Counted from the first letter of the stretch, positions 27,583 through 41,070 are shown. The stretch: DNA of 64,000 nucleotides from Macrostomum hystrix (GCA_950097015.1 CATNEN010000001.1:5084001-5148000); one strand, 5' to 3'. Program-made: numbers and translations. The notes: generated by a model not told the origin, from the letters alone.

Positions 27583-28021
27583 GAAGAACAAGATTTAAGC
27601 AAAACAGCTTCACAATGACCTGGTCAGGCTGTCAACTTAAATTAAAACTTATCCGTCATTATTGACTAATTGTTCCGTTTCATTATTTTCTTGTTTAACA
27701 AACTCCTTACCTTAAATTCTTCTAATTATATCCTCTGTGTTTTTTGTAGATGACCATGATTGTCAAGGGTTTGTTGTTGTTTGTAAATAATCTAAACTTT
27801 CATATTTCATTTCTGTTATGCTATATTTCATCTTTATCAATTGTGAATTTCCTTATCTATCTGTTTAAATTTGAGTTTTACGCCAGCCATGCTACTCTTA
27901 TAAGCTTGTTTAAATTTAAATTATCTAATATAGAAATACACTTGTGCAGAATAATCTGTTATTATCATTTTCAATTCATTAATATCGCTTTTAAATTATC
28001 TACTTGTCTTTATCGTGATTT

Positions 28022-28683
28022 TTTGGCTGGAGAACTTGCTGGAAGATTAGCTGGATAAACTGCTGGAATACTGGCTGGAGAACTTGCTGGAAGATTGGCT
28101 GGAGAACTTGCTGGAAGTTTTGCTGAAGAACTTGCTGGAATACTGGCTGGTGAACTTGCTGGAAGATTGGCTGGAGAACTTGCTGGAAGATTGGCTGGAG
28201 AACTTGCTGGAAGATTGGCTGGAGAACTTGCTGGAAGATTGGCTGGAGAACTTGCTGGAAGATTGGCTGGAGAACTTGCTGGAAGATTGGCTGGAGAACT
28301 TGCTGGAAGTTTTGCTGAAGAACTTGCTGGAAAACTGGCTGGTGAACTTGCTGGAAGATTGGCTGGAGAACTTGCTGGAAGATTGGCTGGAAGTTTTGCT
28401 GAAGAACTTGCTGGAATACTGGCTGGAGAACTTGCTGGAAGATTGGCTGGAGAATTTGCTGGAAGATTGGCTGGAGAACTTGCTGGAAGTTTTGCTGAAG
28501 AACTTGCTGGAATACTGGCTGGTGAACTTGCTGGAAGATTGGCTGGAGAACTTGCTGGAATACTAGCTGGAGAACTTGCTGGAATACTGGCTGGAGAACT
28601 TGCTGGAATACTAGCTGGAGAACTTGCTGGAAGATTGGCTGGAGAACTTGCTGGAAGACTGGCTGGTGAACTTGCTGGAAGAT
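28022..28683. repeat. 24-bp minisatellite (TGGCTGGAGAACTTGCTGGAAGAT) between the convergent 3' ends
   Basis: Tandem copies with 12-bp sub-periodicity. Confidence 0.92.
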
Positions 28684-28959
28684 CATCTTTATGATGTAAG
28701 GGCTAGAAGATGAACTAAACGAAGATTCAGTCAAAAAAATAAAACAATTGTTCAAATTAACTCGCAGTATGGCAGCTACTATTACGAGAAGATAAAGCAA
28801 GACATTTATTTACTATGTTCAGATTAGTTGCTGTGAGCATCCGAAAGAAAACAAAGCTCAGAAAAAGAACGAATAAAGCGAAAGCAAGTTTACTTAATTA
28901 CTCGATTCTCTACTGCTAGATATTTTAAAGGGGTAGATTGTCCAATAATCCTCAATTAA

Positions 28960-29335
28960 GCATCCCAGATCCTCATTCTCATATTGCTGTCACTAATATC
29001 CCAGATCCTCATATTGCTGTCACCAACATCCCAGATCCTCATTGCTGTCACTAGCATCCCAGATCCTCAGATTGCTGTCACTAGCATCCCAGATCCTCAG
29101 ATTGCTGTCACTAATATCCCAGATCCTCATATTGCTGTCACCAACATCCCAGATCCTCAGATTGCTGTCACTAACAGCCCAGATCCTCATATTGCTGTCA
29201 CTAGCATCCCAGATCCTCAGATTACTGTCACCAACATCCCAGATCCTCAGATTGCTGTCACCAACATCCCAGATCCTCATATTGCTGTCACCAACATCCC
29301 AGATCCTCATATTGTTGTCACTAACAGCCCAGATC
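28960..29335. repeat. 30-bp minisatellite (CCCAGATCCTCAGATTGCTGTCACTAGCAT)
   Basis: About 12 tandem copies, probably in the protocadherin 3' UTR. Confidence 0.9.
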
Positions 29336-29447
29336 ATTATTGCCAGGCACGCAGTGGACTTATAGGAAACAATTCAGAAATGCACGGAATTATGAAGTGT
29401 GTCAATAATTGTTTCAAATCAGTTGGACTTGATTGATGTCAAATTCG

Positions 29448-29761
29448 TCAAACAAAGCTGACAGTGAAGTATGGCGACTTTCCGTCGCCGCCGGCTGCTG
29501 TCGAAGACTGCGACGGTCGACGCTTTGAGTCGATCATTATTTTTCGATGAGCTGGCGGACCAGCTTCGCCGGCTGGATAACGAAATGTCATGTAGGTGTT
29601 CTGCACCTCGGCGGATGCCTGCTGTTGACTGCTTGGAGGTAGGACTGTCTGGTAGGTGTGCTGCTGCTGCTTCTGCTGCTGCTGCTGCTGCTGATGCTGC
29701 ACCGGTCGCCTCGATGTGGCAACGCCGCTGTCTTCGCTGCCGTAGCAGTTGCCTTTGAGAG
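29448..29761 (-). CDS. Protocadherin last coding exon (EDSG motif, poly-Gln, -VSFV*)
   Basis: ttctag acceptor; phase 1 fits; TGA at 29450-29448. Confidence 0.75.
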
Positions 29762-32700
29762 CTAGAAAGTTTTGATATTTTTTATGTTAACGAGACAATA
29801 TTTTGTGGAACTTCTACTATGAGTAGAGCAGTATGAACATGTTAATTCACTCACGCATTCGACACTCCAAGTCGGTTTCTAGCAGGGAATTTCCGACCTG
29901 CGTTTGCATCTGCTCGGCTGCCACCGAAGCGTTGCCATACTTACCATATCGATTGCGACCCTAAATTAATTCAATTGGGGAGTATAAAATGGGTTTTTAT
30001 ATTCACTCGTATTTTACTAGCAAGTGTGCAAAGCCATTTATGACAATGCATTTTTTGTTGAAAATTAATTTTTATGCAAATTATGGGAAAAATTTGCGCT
30101 ATAATTCTTGACTGAAAAAAAGTTTTAAATGTTCTCCGCATCTTATTTATACATCAATCTCACTCTAATCTATCCACCAATCGCACTCTAATCTATCCAT
30201 CAATCTCACCCTAATCTATCCATCAATCTCACCCTAATCTATCCATCAATCTCACCCTAATATATCCATCAATCTCACTCTCACTCACTTTCAATCTATC
30301 CACTAATCTCACCCTAATCTATCGATCAATCTCACCCAAATCTATCAACCAATCTCACTCTAATCTATCAACCAATCTCACTCTAATCTATCAATCAATC
30401 TCACTCTAATCTATCAACCAATCTCACTCTAATCTATCAATCAATCTCACTCTAATCTATCAACCAATCTCACTCTAATCTATCAACCAATCTCACTCTA
30501 ATCTATCAATCAATCTCACTCTAATCTATCAACCAATCTCACTCTAATCTATCAATCAATCTCACTCTAATCTATCAACCAATCTCACTCTAATCTATCC
30601 ACCAATCTCACCCTAATCTATCATAGAAAATCATTGTCATTATAAATATCGATTGAAAGTACAAAACTTGAAATATTTCTTCTGGCTCTGACTTCCGGAC
30701 AATGTGCAGGCATAGAATTTCATAAAATAACGAAAAACGAACATCTGACGAAACACGGCCTTCCTATATTATTCGATATGCCGCCCCTAGCAACAAAAAA
30801 GTTATTTGTAGTAGGGCTATAATTACGCTGTGCTGGAAATTTATAACAGTCTATTGCTAAATGAATTGTCGTCAGTTGTGCCGACAGTCGCGTGTGCGAA
30901 TCCCTTTGCCAAAAAACTAACATACAACACACTCAACCGCGTGGTGTATGGCCAAAAAAAGTAATTGGGTTTTTTATGATGCTTGAAAAATCTTGGACAA
31001 AAAACTTGTGTTTCTTGCTTCGTTATTCTTTATGATGAACACCTGTGAGGTTTTTTTTTGCAAAAATTTGGTTTCAGAAATTTAGATAAAAGGTTTTTTA
31101 CTTTAACGGGTTTAGATATTTGTAGGTGACAAAAAATATTTTATTTTTTCCTAGATCTACTACTACTAGGTATACGACTAATCTATTTTATATTCTTAGA
31201 AATCTAATCGACCAACTTGTTAAGCAAATTTATTTTTACCATGCCGCCAAGCACGGTTTGACGTCCAAGCTGCTGCTGCTGCTGCTGCTGTCCAGCCCCC
31301 AGCAACACGCTGTCCATACTTGGCGATGTTAAAACTCCGCCGGAAATTTTCAAATCTCGTCTAGCTGACATGGGGCAAGAATTTTTTGGAACAAATCCGC
31401 CGCCAACGCGATTATCGTCTCCAGCTTCGGCCATAGAATTGACCGATTCGTTTGAGTCGCGTCTCACTCTCGGCTGAGTCTGATAGTTTAACTGAGCAGT
31501 TGAGACTGAAGCCTTTGGGACTAGCAGTATTCGACCACCTGGTTAGAGTTCAGAAGGTCGGATTGGGACTCATGTGATTAAGGACATCATTATAAAATAT
31601 ATTTAACTACCTTTGACCTAACAATACAACGAATATTCTTCCTTCTGTCTACTTCTTATCTGCCATTCTAATCAACAATCTACCATTCTAATCTACTCCC
31701 CAATCTACCATTCTAATCTACTCCCCAATCTACCATTCTAATCTACTCCCCAATCTACCATTCTTATCTACTCCCCAATCTACCATTCTAATCTACTCCC
31801 CAATCTACCATTCTAATCTACTCCCCAATCTACCATTCTAATCTACTCCCCAATCTACCATTCTAATCAACAATCTACCATTCTAATCTACTCCCCAATC
31901 TACCATTCTAATCTACTCCCCAATCTACCATTCTAATCTACTCCCCAATCTACCATTCTAATCAACAATCTACCATTCTAATCAACAATCTACCATTCTA
32001 ATCAACAATCTACCATTCTAATCAACAATCTACCATTCTAATCAACAATCTACCACTCTAATCTACTCCCCAATCTACCATTCTAATCAACAATCTACCA
32101 TTCTAATCTACTCCCCAATCTACCATTCTAATCTACTCCCCAATCTACCATTCTAATCTACTCCCCAATCTACCATTCTAATCTACTCCCCAATCTACCA
32201 TTCTAATCTACTCCCCAATCTACCATTCTAATCTACTCCCCAATCTACCATTCTAATCTACTCCCCAATCTACCATTCTAATCTACTCCCCAATCTACCA
32301 TTCTAATCTACTCCCCAATCTACCATTCTAATCTACTCCCCAATCTACCATTCTAATCTACTCCCCAATCTACCATTCTAATCTACTCCCCAATCTACCA
32401 TTCTAATCTACTCCCCAATCTACCATTCTAATCTACTCCCCAATCTACCATTCTAATCTACTCCCCAATCTACCATTCTAATCTACTCCCCGATCTACCA
32501 CTCTAATCTACTCCCCAATCTACCATTCTAATCTACTCGCCAATCTACCACTCTTATCTACTCCCCAATCTACCACTCTTATCTACTCGCCAATCTACCA
32601 CTCTTATCTACTCCCTAATCTACCACTCTTATCTACTCGCCAATCTACCACTCTTATCTACTCGCCAATCTACCACTCTTATCTACTCGCCAATCTACCA

Positions 32701-35700
32701 CTCTTATCTACTCGCCAATCTACCACTCTTATCTACTCCCCAATCTACCACTCTTTAATTATCTACTCCCCAATCTACCACTCTTATCTACTCGCCAATC
32801 TACCACTCTTATCTACTCGCCAATCTACCACTCTTATCTACTCGCCAATCTACCACTCTTATCTACTCCCTAATCTACCACTCTAATATATTCTATTCTC
32901 TACCATTTTAATCTATTTTTTTCACAAATCTTATCTATTAGATTTATTTGCTCATATAGTCTTTGTAATATTTTTAAATGCATTTTGGATTGATTTTTTA
33001 TTTCTGTTGTCTTTAAATAATTTAATGGCAACTTCACCTTTATTGTTATTGTCCAACAAATTTCTTGTGTAATAACAAAATTAATATTACATGGTAATGA
33101 TCATGAGAATCTGATTCTCTACATGCAAACGTAGTATTATATTTCATCAGAAATACTTTTCGCTACTTTATTATCAATCCAAGTTTATTTAATCAAGCCA
33201 ACTTTCTCTTACATTTTGTTATATCCTCTCTGTACGGAAAAGGTTTCTATTTTTTAGTGAAAAGGCGTTTGATTTTGTTTAACTGAATAAATTTTCAGCT
33301 TAGTCGTTAGACGTTACAAAGCCCAGGGCAGTTTATTAATGTGTCCTAGTTAAACAGAACACTTGATTCTGATTGGTTAACGTTCACCCAGCTGTTAAAT
33401 GGGTACCAGCATGGGCTTGGGTGTGGCGTCCCCCAGTCCATGGACTGAACATCCGTACGCAGCTTTTTGAAGCGGCTGTGCCACTGACTGCGATCTGGCC
33501 CAAAGCTATAGGGCTAGATATTATTTCTACTCTATTTATAGCATCTACTCAAAATCTAATCTGCTCAAATAACTATTATAGAAGCAACAAACAACAGTTG
33601 ATGCGACCAGCACACGCAATAAACATTATAGCTCTGTGACTCGGTGACAAGAAATCTAAATATGATCCGAAAATGACACACGAAAAGTCAAACTGTTTCT
33701 TTCCTCCTCCGCCTGAGAAGCGTCATTTTTTTCTCTTTCCTTTCGCATCATTCGAAATCAGATCCTTAAAAACCAGATCCCAACCTCATCTGTGTATGGT
33801 GTTTGAGTCGGAATTAAAATTTGTGCTCAGAACAGGCGTATCACGCAATCAAACTCCGGGGAGAAAATCACTGGCGAAACAGAATTCGAGGAATCGTGAT
33901 TAATATCGAGGAATTTCTTTTGGGAAAAATCACAGCCACTCACTCAGCGGTTGAGATAACATCATACAGGTGGGGTTGAATTGAAGTGTCAAAGCCCTAT
34001 GAGATCTTAGAAACGATAGTCGCAGCGCGTTTGGTATATCAAATTACTCACGACTAATAATTTCCCCTTTACCCACAACCTCACGTTAGTTTTTTTGCTG
34101 AAATGATGCTTGGTGAAGGAATGAAAGCAAAATTGAAGCGAGTTAATCGGCATTGTTCTGGATCTAGAAGCTGGAAAATTAACATATTCTATCAGGTATC
34201 TTACAGTTCGAAGAGGGATCTAAATTAATAATATCTAAAATGCATTAAATTTGTTTGCAGTCATCTCCCATTCGAATCTATAATTATGTATCCTACATTT
34301 TACTGTGTTTTGCATGATAACATTACTGTTTTTTTTCAAAGTCGGAAAGCTGACACTTTTGTTGACTCACAATAGAAAAAACCAATTCGGATGGAGTTAT
34401 ACGAAAAAGTGAATCTCTATAGAGAATACAAAACATAAAACATACGCAAAAAATAACTGCTTTTGTCTTGTTGGAAATTTTGCCGCTTCTATTGAAATCT
34501 AGACTTGTTGATTAATTGTCTAACAACAAAAGGTGTGCACGACGAATTCAATAAAATACTTTTTTTTAAACAATCACGGTGTTAAATTTGTTTTGCAAAG
34601 TGCCTTTGTTTTAAAACGTGACGTTTCACTCCAGTAGTTCATGAGCGATATAACAAAAAAAAATCAAGCTCCTTTTTGAAGCGATATCTATCGGATATAG
34701 ATAAATAAATGAATAGGGCCTTTTGAAACTACTAGAACCTTCTATCTCAGACCCATAATTGCGTAGAACTTCCATGGTTTGAAACAAAAATCAGTCTTTG
34801 TAAGACGACATGAAAAAAACACGATCTTTCGATATAGTTGGAGAACTTAACAATCTGCAGACGAAAAGGAATGGGACTTTGTGTCAAAGAAACCCTTTTA
34901 AGCGAGCCAAAAACTGAGGAGAATTGCTATGATTGATTTGACAGCCAGCCTTCGCGTTGTAGGTGCAGTGGAGCTTGCAGAAAACAAAATTTACTAAAGG
35001 GGGTTGGATAGCTAGTCCTATATACTAAACTGCCGAGGGGCACGTATCCATGGCTTGGAAATGCAATTTTCCCTATATACCCTCGACTCGGGTTGCTATA
35101 ATTTTGGAAAGTTAGAAGGGGGCAGAACCGATATTTTCACACTTTATCTCTCTTACTCTCTGTTTTCCTCATCAGATTTCCCATTTAAACACAATCATAT
35201 CTCATAGTGGCTTATATCTGCAAAACAGCTTTAGCGCCGAATCTTTGTTTTGACGAAAACATCCCTCATCCTTGACTCCCCATCCCCCTGTTGCAAACCA
35301 TTCGCCACTCCATCATTTTCATAACCCAAGGCCCTATAGCTGCTGTTTCTTTGTCTCTAGTAATCTGCGCTAGTAAATTGGGTGCCGCCAACACAAAAGC
35401 TTGTTTGGAAGGCTATAAATATAATTGGCTCGAGCGGAAGTCTTGAAGGCGCATGTCTTTAAAACTAGAAGTTTAAGGATTGCGTGTCGGCTTTTCTTGT
35501 AGGGAAGATACCAGTCGTGCTTATCGTTTAAAAATAAAAATATATACTCCAATTTCAGTACTGGAAAAAATATTACATTTTTCAGCTCTTCTACGAGTAT
35601 AATATTCTCTTTCTTACCGCTCTCACACCCAGTTTTCACCGCTAGAAAAAGATACTAGTACAAAAGGGCTGCGTAAGATATGTTAATGTCTTCATCGTGC

Positions 35701-38700
35701 AAGCTACTACCAGCTAGTTAGTGCCATCAGCTTCACTTAAGCTCAATTTATCTGTATTAGCAGGACAAAATTGATGAGATACACGTATTGGGAACAGAAT
35801 AAGGGCTGGCTAGAAACTACCATTAGTATCTTTTAATCCTCTTGGGAATAACAGGCTAGCTGTTAACTAAACTCACTTTCATCTGTACTGGTCCTCACAG
35901 ATAATAGAAAGCGAATCGAGAGATAATTGACTCCTAATTCTATTGGATAGAATTCAATTTCGAGTGAATCAGGACCGAGACATACAGACAGAGACAGACG
36001 GAGTGGGGGGGAAGTTGCAGTGGATTAGGAAACTAATTACTAAGCTAAATACCCGCTGAAATAAATCTAGCATGACGGAACAGAGAGGGCCTAGTCAGTG
36101 GAAGCTGCACCGGCTAAGCATTTAATCAACCAATTTCCTGACTAATCTCATTCTCAATCAAGAAATCATCGCGCAGGGTGAAGAGGTTTCACGACCCCGG
36201 GGCCTGCTAAGCCACTGTCCGTGCTAGCCAAGGGTTTATTGTTAGTCGCTGGACCGGAAAAACGAGCTAAGGACACTGGGTCATAAGCCGTGTTTTAATA
36301 GACATTTGTATAGTGTTTCTGTACGCTTTTGCGACAAGAAACTAGCTTTGTTCAATATAGATAGCATCACGGATATTTTCGCCAAAATTTCACATTCTCA
36401 TCCGCCCTTTCCTCTCACTACCTTTTACGTAGGTTCCGCCGCCCATGAACGTGGAGGCGCCAGCTGTTGAACTATCGGCATTCGCAACGGCAGCAGCAGC
36501 AGCAGCAGCAGCAGCTGTGGCGTCCTTTCTCAGTCTCTTGCGCAGCAGAACAACGGCGAGGATGAGAACGGCGGCCAAAATTAATGAGGCCACAACCAGC
36601 GCGGCGATAACAATGCCCTCGGTGTCCGAGCTGCGAAGGACCAGATTTCCGTTCAACCCTCTGCCGCCGCCTCGCCTGCCATCGTCGGGCGAGTCACGGG
36701 GCTTGCCGCCCGACTGACCAGGCACCGCTGGCGGCTGCTGAGAGCCGGGCTGCTGCTGGCCAGAGGGCCTCGCTCCGCCCGGCTGACGTCCGCCGCCTTC
36801 GAATGTGACCACAATGGACTTCCGGCTGACTTCGCGCGGATGACTCGGCTCGAACACTTCCAGGTTGAGCTTGTACCTGGGGTTGATAATGATAATAATA
36901 AAAAAATAATCGCAGGAGGGCTGCGGGCAATGGCACATCATTTGGTGTCACTATAGACTCGCAGCCAGCGAGGAGGCAATTCTGCCTATTCCGCTGACTC
37001 CTAAGCACACACTCACACAGGTGTGTACATCTGCCCTGACTTTTTCTCATCGTCAGCCAGAGTACACTTTCACTGTGCCTCGTAGGTTGGCCTTCAAGAG
37101 CGTAAATTGCACGAGAAGCCCCCAAGACTTCTCTATGGGACTGCGCCCCAAATGAATGTGGCCTCGCCGCGGAATCGAGCTCAGCCCTTTGTACCTGGCT
37201 TAGAGTAATTCGAACAAAACTGTGACTAATTTCTACGAAAAGAAATGTGTCAGTCAATCATTTATTTAGCAGCGAAAACTAACCTGGAAAATTGACACAA
37301 TTTCGGCGCCGACTTAACAAACACCTGGCCGGTGTTTTCATCGACTGCGAAACTGTGCCACTGCTGCGGCTGCTGCTGCAGCAGCTGAGCCTGCGATGTG
37401 TACATCTGGTGCTGCTGTGTCAGAACTGTCACACCTGCAAGTCGGTATCGACGCTGTTTGAAAGCTTCGCTGATGTCCGCATCGACAACGTCCAACTCGC
37501 TGGCAGACAGTGGCAGGATGTGATTCTCCACCGATTCGTCGCACGACACGTTGATGCCAAGTGGCGCCGTTGATCGGAACAGCGGCCGATTGTCGTTGCA
37601 GTCGAGAACTTTCACAACAATGCTAGCCGTGCTGGACAGACTCGGCTTGCCCAGGTCTCTGGCTAGAATCTCCAGACTGTGCTGCGACAGGCCCGACGGT
37701 CCCTCGAGATCTAGACGACCGCCGAGAGAAATTTCGCCATTATTGGCGTCCACACGAAACAGTCGCTGCACTGCCTGCAGCAGCTGCTGCTGATGCTGCG
37801 CGTGAAAGTAGGGCAGCTGCGGCTGCGGTGCCAGCGAGTAGAGCACTCGTCCGTTCTCACCAAGATCCCTGTCAGTGGCAAACACCGTGCCGATGACACT
37901 GCCAAGGCTGGCGTTTTCGTAGACCTCGAATGTCCGTGGCCCGGTGTGGTTGAACACCGGCGGGCAGTCGTTGACGTCCAGGATTCGCACCGAGACCTCG
38001 ACGACAGCCTGATGGTAGCGCGGTGGGGGCGTTGCTGTTGGCTGATCAGAGCCAGCGGACACTGGCGGCTTGTCGATCCAGTCGATGACGGTGATGTTGA
38101 AGCGGTAGCTGTCGCGAGTCTCTCTGTCGAACTCTTTGGTTGTGGTCAGGGCGTACTGGAAGCTGCCGCCGCCGCCGCCGCCGTAGCCACCCTGGTACAC
38201 AACGCGAAAGTGATCGGCCCCGTCGCCGGTAAGTTGGAATTCGCGCTGTTTCTGCAGGTCGTGTCTGTCCAAGTCAGGGTCAACCACGCGAAGCTGTGAA
38301 AAGTACAATTTTAGAGAGCTAGAGACAATTTTATGTTTATTAAGATACTAACGCGTCTGATAGCACGAGCTAAAATTTTCCGCTCAATCCGATGAAGCAA
38401 CTTCCAGAATCACAAAACATCGGCAACGTCATAGTTCATCGTAACGGGTGGAAATTTTTGATTCATGTGGTGGACTTTAACGAAAATCGGTCATTCAGTT
38501 TTGGAGCTATCGTCAAGTAAGGCAGTGCGCATTTAAAATAGTCCTCGAGTCATTCAAGTATCCGAGATTTAGGTTAGGCGTCCGAGGATTTTTCAATGAC
38601 GCCCGCAAAGCTTGGGTATCAATTTTATTGTACCATAGACGTTTTTGCGCAAGCTATACTTAATATCGTTATAATATCGTTATATTATAATATCGTTATA

Positions 38701-40407
38701 TTATAATATCGTTATATAATATCGAAATTCCACAGACAGACAGACAGACAGACTTTAGAGATTTAGTATAGTTGGATATGCTAGATCTACAATTGGTCTC
38801 AGTAAGCATTATATAGGACTCACATCGTAGACTTTGCTGTCTCGACTGACACTCTCCAGAAAGCTAATGTCTATGGGCGAAACCGGGAAAGCCGGCGGAT
38901 TGTCGTTCTCGTCCGTAATTCTAATATTCACTGTGGCTGCCGAGCTCAACGGTGGACTGCCGTTGTCTCTGCACTCGATGACGACCGTGTACTGACTGAT
39001 CGTCTCCCGATCAAATGACCGATTAGCATACAGTGTGTAGATTGTATTGGCGGTACTGTTGAGTTTCAGCTCCAGATAGAATACGCCAATAAGATCAATC
39101 GGCCCCACCTGACAGCTGAGAGCTCCGTTAGCTCCCGGGTCGCGATCGGAAACGTCTAATGTGTGAATGTACAACGGTACAGGATTGTTCTCAACCACCG
39201 ATTTGAACTGATGCTCAAGATTGATTCTAGGTCGATTATCGTTAGCGTCCAGCACATTAATAGTGACAGTGGCGGTGACGCTGAGGGCCGGTTTGCCATT
39301 GTCGATGGCTGCCACAACCAGCAAGTGCTGTCTGGCCGTCTCATAGTCCAATCCGTTGGTGTGACGCAGAGTGATCTCTCCTAGCGAGTTAATAGCGAAC
39401 AGTGAGTCGTCTCTGAGCAGTCGATAGTGGACCTGGCCAAACTCGCTGTCGGCGTCTGTTGCGCTCATCTTTAGCAGCAGTCCTGGCGGGTTGACCTCGG
39501 AGACATTCACGCTGAACAGCTGCCCGGGAGACCACACCGGGGCGTTGTCGTTGTGATCTCGAACGCGTATCACCAGAGTCACGGTGGCTGTGCGACCTCG
39601 CTGATCCTGATCGCTCGATGCTGCGATGCAGTAACGATAGCGAGACACCGACTCTCTGTCTAGCTCTCGGTCCAGTCTGAGCTTGTACTCCGGCGGTCCC
39701 ACGGTGTTGAATGACGAACCCCTTGACAGACTGAATGTTCTGTCGGGCGGTGGATCCTCTGGCGAGCAGCGAACCAGACTGTACACCAGTCGACATGTCG
39801 CATATCCGCTCCGATCGGCGTCAACAGCTCTCGGCAACGGAATCACGTGACCGACGGGAATGTTTTCCCAGATTTCTTCGTCTGGCAGGACTGTACGCTC
39901 AAACTGCGGCGGCGTGTTGTCCACATCTAGAACGTCGATCAATAATTCGGCTATGAGAAAGTCGGCTTCGCTGTCTAGATTTTGAATCCTGACCGCGGCG
40001 GAGATTCTACAAGAGTCCGCCGGGTCAGTCTGCGAACAGTTCAACGCCGCTATGGACGACGGACACAGGTACTCGCGACGCAGCGGTGAGACGAGGCGAA
40101 GCAGCCCGGTGGACCGATCCAGCGACAAGCTGCGAGCCGCTAGCTGTGGCTGTACAGTCAGCAGGCTGTACACAATTCTTGGCCAATCAGGGAGCTGGCC
40201 AAGATCTGTTAGGCGCTTGGGCAGGTTGTCAAGGTTGATTGGCAGATGGGCGGACGATGGTGGCGCTGCAAGGTCGCCGTCAGTCTCGCTAACGGTGAGT
40301 TGCAGTCTTATTGGGCCAGTGTTCGATCCGTAAACGGCGCCGTCGTTCAACACTGCCATGGTTACCCATAGCAACAGCAACTGGCGCAGACGCAACCGAG
40401 GTGTCAT
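29448..40407 (-). CDS. Protocadherin (delta-like, 7 extracellular cadherin repeats, TM, cytoplasmic tail), spliced model, ~1255 aa
   Basis: Exons (minus strand) 40407-38824, 38293-37284, 36876-36422, 31538-31240, 29960-29855, 29761-29448 join with consistent phases (3768 nt). Signal peptide MTPRLRLRQLLLLWVTMAV; Ca-binding linkers DVDNTP, DHNDNAP, DANDNRP, DENDNPP, DVNDCPP, DCNDNRP plus LDRE/LDYE/FDRE motifs; TM IVIAALVVASLILAAVLILAVVLL-RKR; tail with GSEDSGV and C-terminal -TVSFV. Confidence 0.9.
29855..29960 (-). CDS. Protocadherin coding exon 5 (GRNRYGKYGNAS...)
   Basis: aatttag acceptor, GTGAGT donor, open frame. Confidence 0.72.
30150..30620. repeat. 23-bp intronic minisatellite (AATCTCACTCTAATCTATCAACC)
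   Basis: Tandem copies. Confidence 0.9.
31240..31538 (-). CDS. Protocadherin coding exon 4 (cytoplasmic)
   Basis: ctaaccag acceptor in phase 1, GTAAAA donor; open frame containing ORF 31204..31467. Confidence 0.75.
31660..32890. repeat. 25-bp intronic minisatellite (AATCTACCATTCTAATCTACTCCCC)
   Basis: Tandem copies; same unit as 25360-26205. Confidence 0.92.
33296..33460 (+). mobile_element. Degenerate CORE-type SINE fragment
   Basis: CACCCAGCTGTTAAATGGGTACC resembles invertebrate CORE-SINE cores; its 3' part TGGGTGTGGCGTCCCCCAGTCCATGGACTGAACA is shared with the SINE at 52913-53090. Confidence 0.55.
36422..36876 (-). CDS. Protocadherin coding exon 3 (end of EC7, TM)
   Basis: accccag acceptor in phase 2; hydrophobic TM followed by RKRLRK. 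The donor may instead lie 3 nt further on (exon end 36419, same phase). Confidence 0.85.
36886..37205 (-). mobile_element. Possible 5'-truncated tRNA-derived SINE in protocadherin intron 2
   Basis: Minus-strand B-box-like GCTCGATTCC near 37170 and a T/ATT-rich tail at ~36886-36910; no clear A box. Confidence 0.3.
37284..38293 (-). CDS. Protocadherin coding exon 2 (EC5-EC7)
   Basis: ttttcacag acceptor; FDRE, DVNDCPP, ATDRDLGENG, DCNDNRP; GTTAGT donor. Confidence 0.92.
38345..38777 (+). mobile_element. Non-autonomous Helitron/Helentron-like (Lep1/HINE/DINE-type) element in protocadherin intron 1
   Basis: Short subterminal inverted repeat ATACTAA (38345)/TTAGTAT (38763); (ACAG)n microsatellite just before the 3' end; internal AAAATCGG...GTTTTGGAG motif typical of such elements. 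Confidence 0.5.
38824..40407 (-). CDS. Protocadherin coding exon 1 (signal peptide, EC1-EC4, start of EC5)
   Basis: ATG at 40407 after an in-frame stop and an acceptor at 40462-40464; GTGAGT donor at 38823. Confidence 0.93.
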
Positions 40408-40504
40408 CACGGTTGACAGATGAAGCACCGCTTTGATTGATTTGGTTGATCACAAGATTACCTGTGCAATATCAAAGTTGCGGGGTGGATTGTATAATAG
40501 ATAG

Positions 40505-41070
40505 AAGAGATTCAGGTAGATATTCAGGTAGAGATTCAGGTAGAGATTCAGGTAGATATTCAGGTAGAGATTCAGTTAGTGATTTAAGTCGTGATTCAGT
40601 AAAATATTCAGATAGAGATTAAGGCAGAGATTAGGTAGATATTCAGGTAGATATTCAGGTAGAGATTCAGGTAGTGATTTAAGTCGTGATTCAGGAAAAT
40701 ATTCAGATAGAGATTAAGGCAGAGATTCAGGTAGATATTCAGGTAGATATTCAGGTAGAGATTCAGGTAGTGATTTAAGTCGTGATTCAGGAAAATATTC
40801 AGATAGAGATTAAGGCAGAGATTCAGGTAGATATTCAGGTAGATATTCAGGTAGAGATTCAGCTAGATATTCAGATTGAGATTCATGTAGATATTCAGGT
40901 AGAGATTCAGGTAGATATTCAGATAGAGATTCAGGTAGATATTCAGATAGAGATTCAGGTTGAGATTCAGGTAGATATTCAGGTAGATATTCAGGTAGAT
41001 ATTCAGATAGAGATTCAGGTTGAGATTCAGGTAGATATTCAGGTAGATATTCATGTAGAGATTCAAGTAG
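40505..41070. repeat. 12-bp minisatellite (ATTCAGGTAGAT/G)
   Basis: Tandem copies with a larger ~95-bp duplication. Confidence 0.9.

Noticed and set aside
35015-35373. Possible Helitron (TCCTATATACTAAA ... CTAGT)
   Set aside because: Termini are suggestive but no convincing 3' hairpin is visible; cannot be supported without a copy search.
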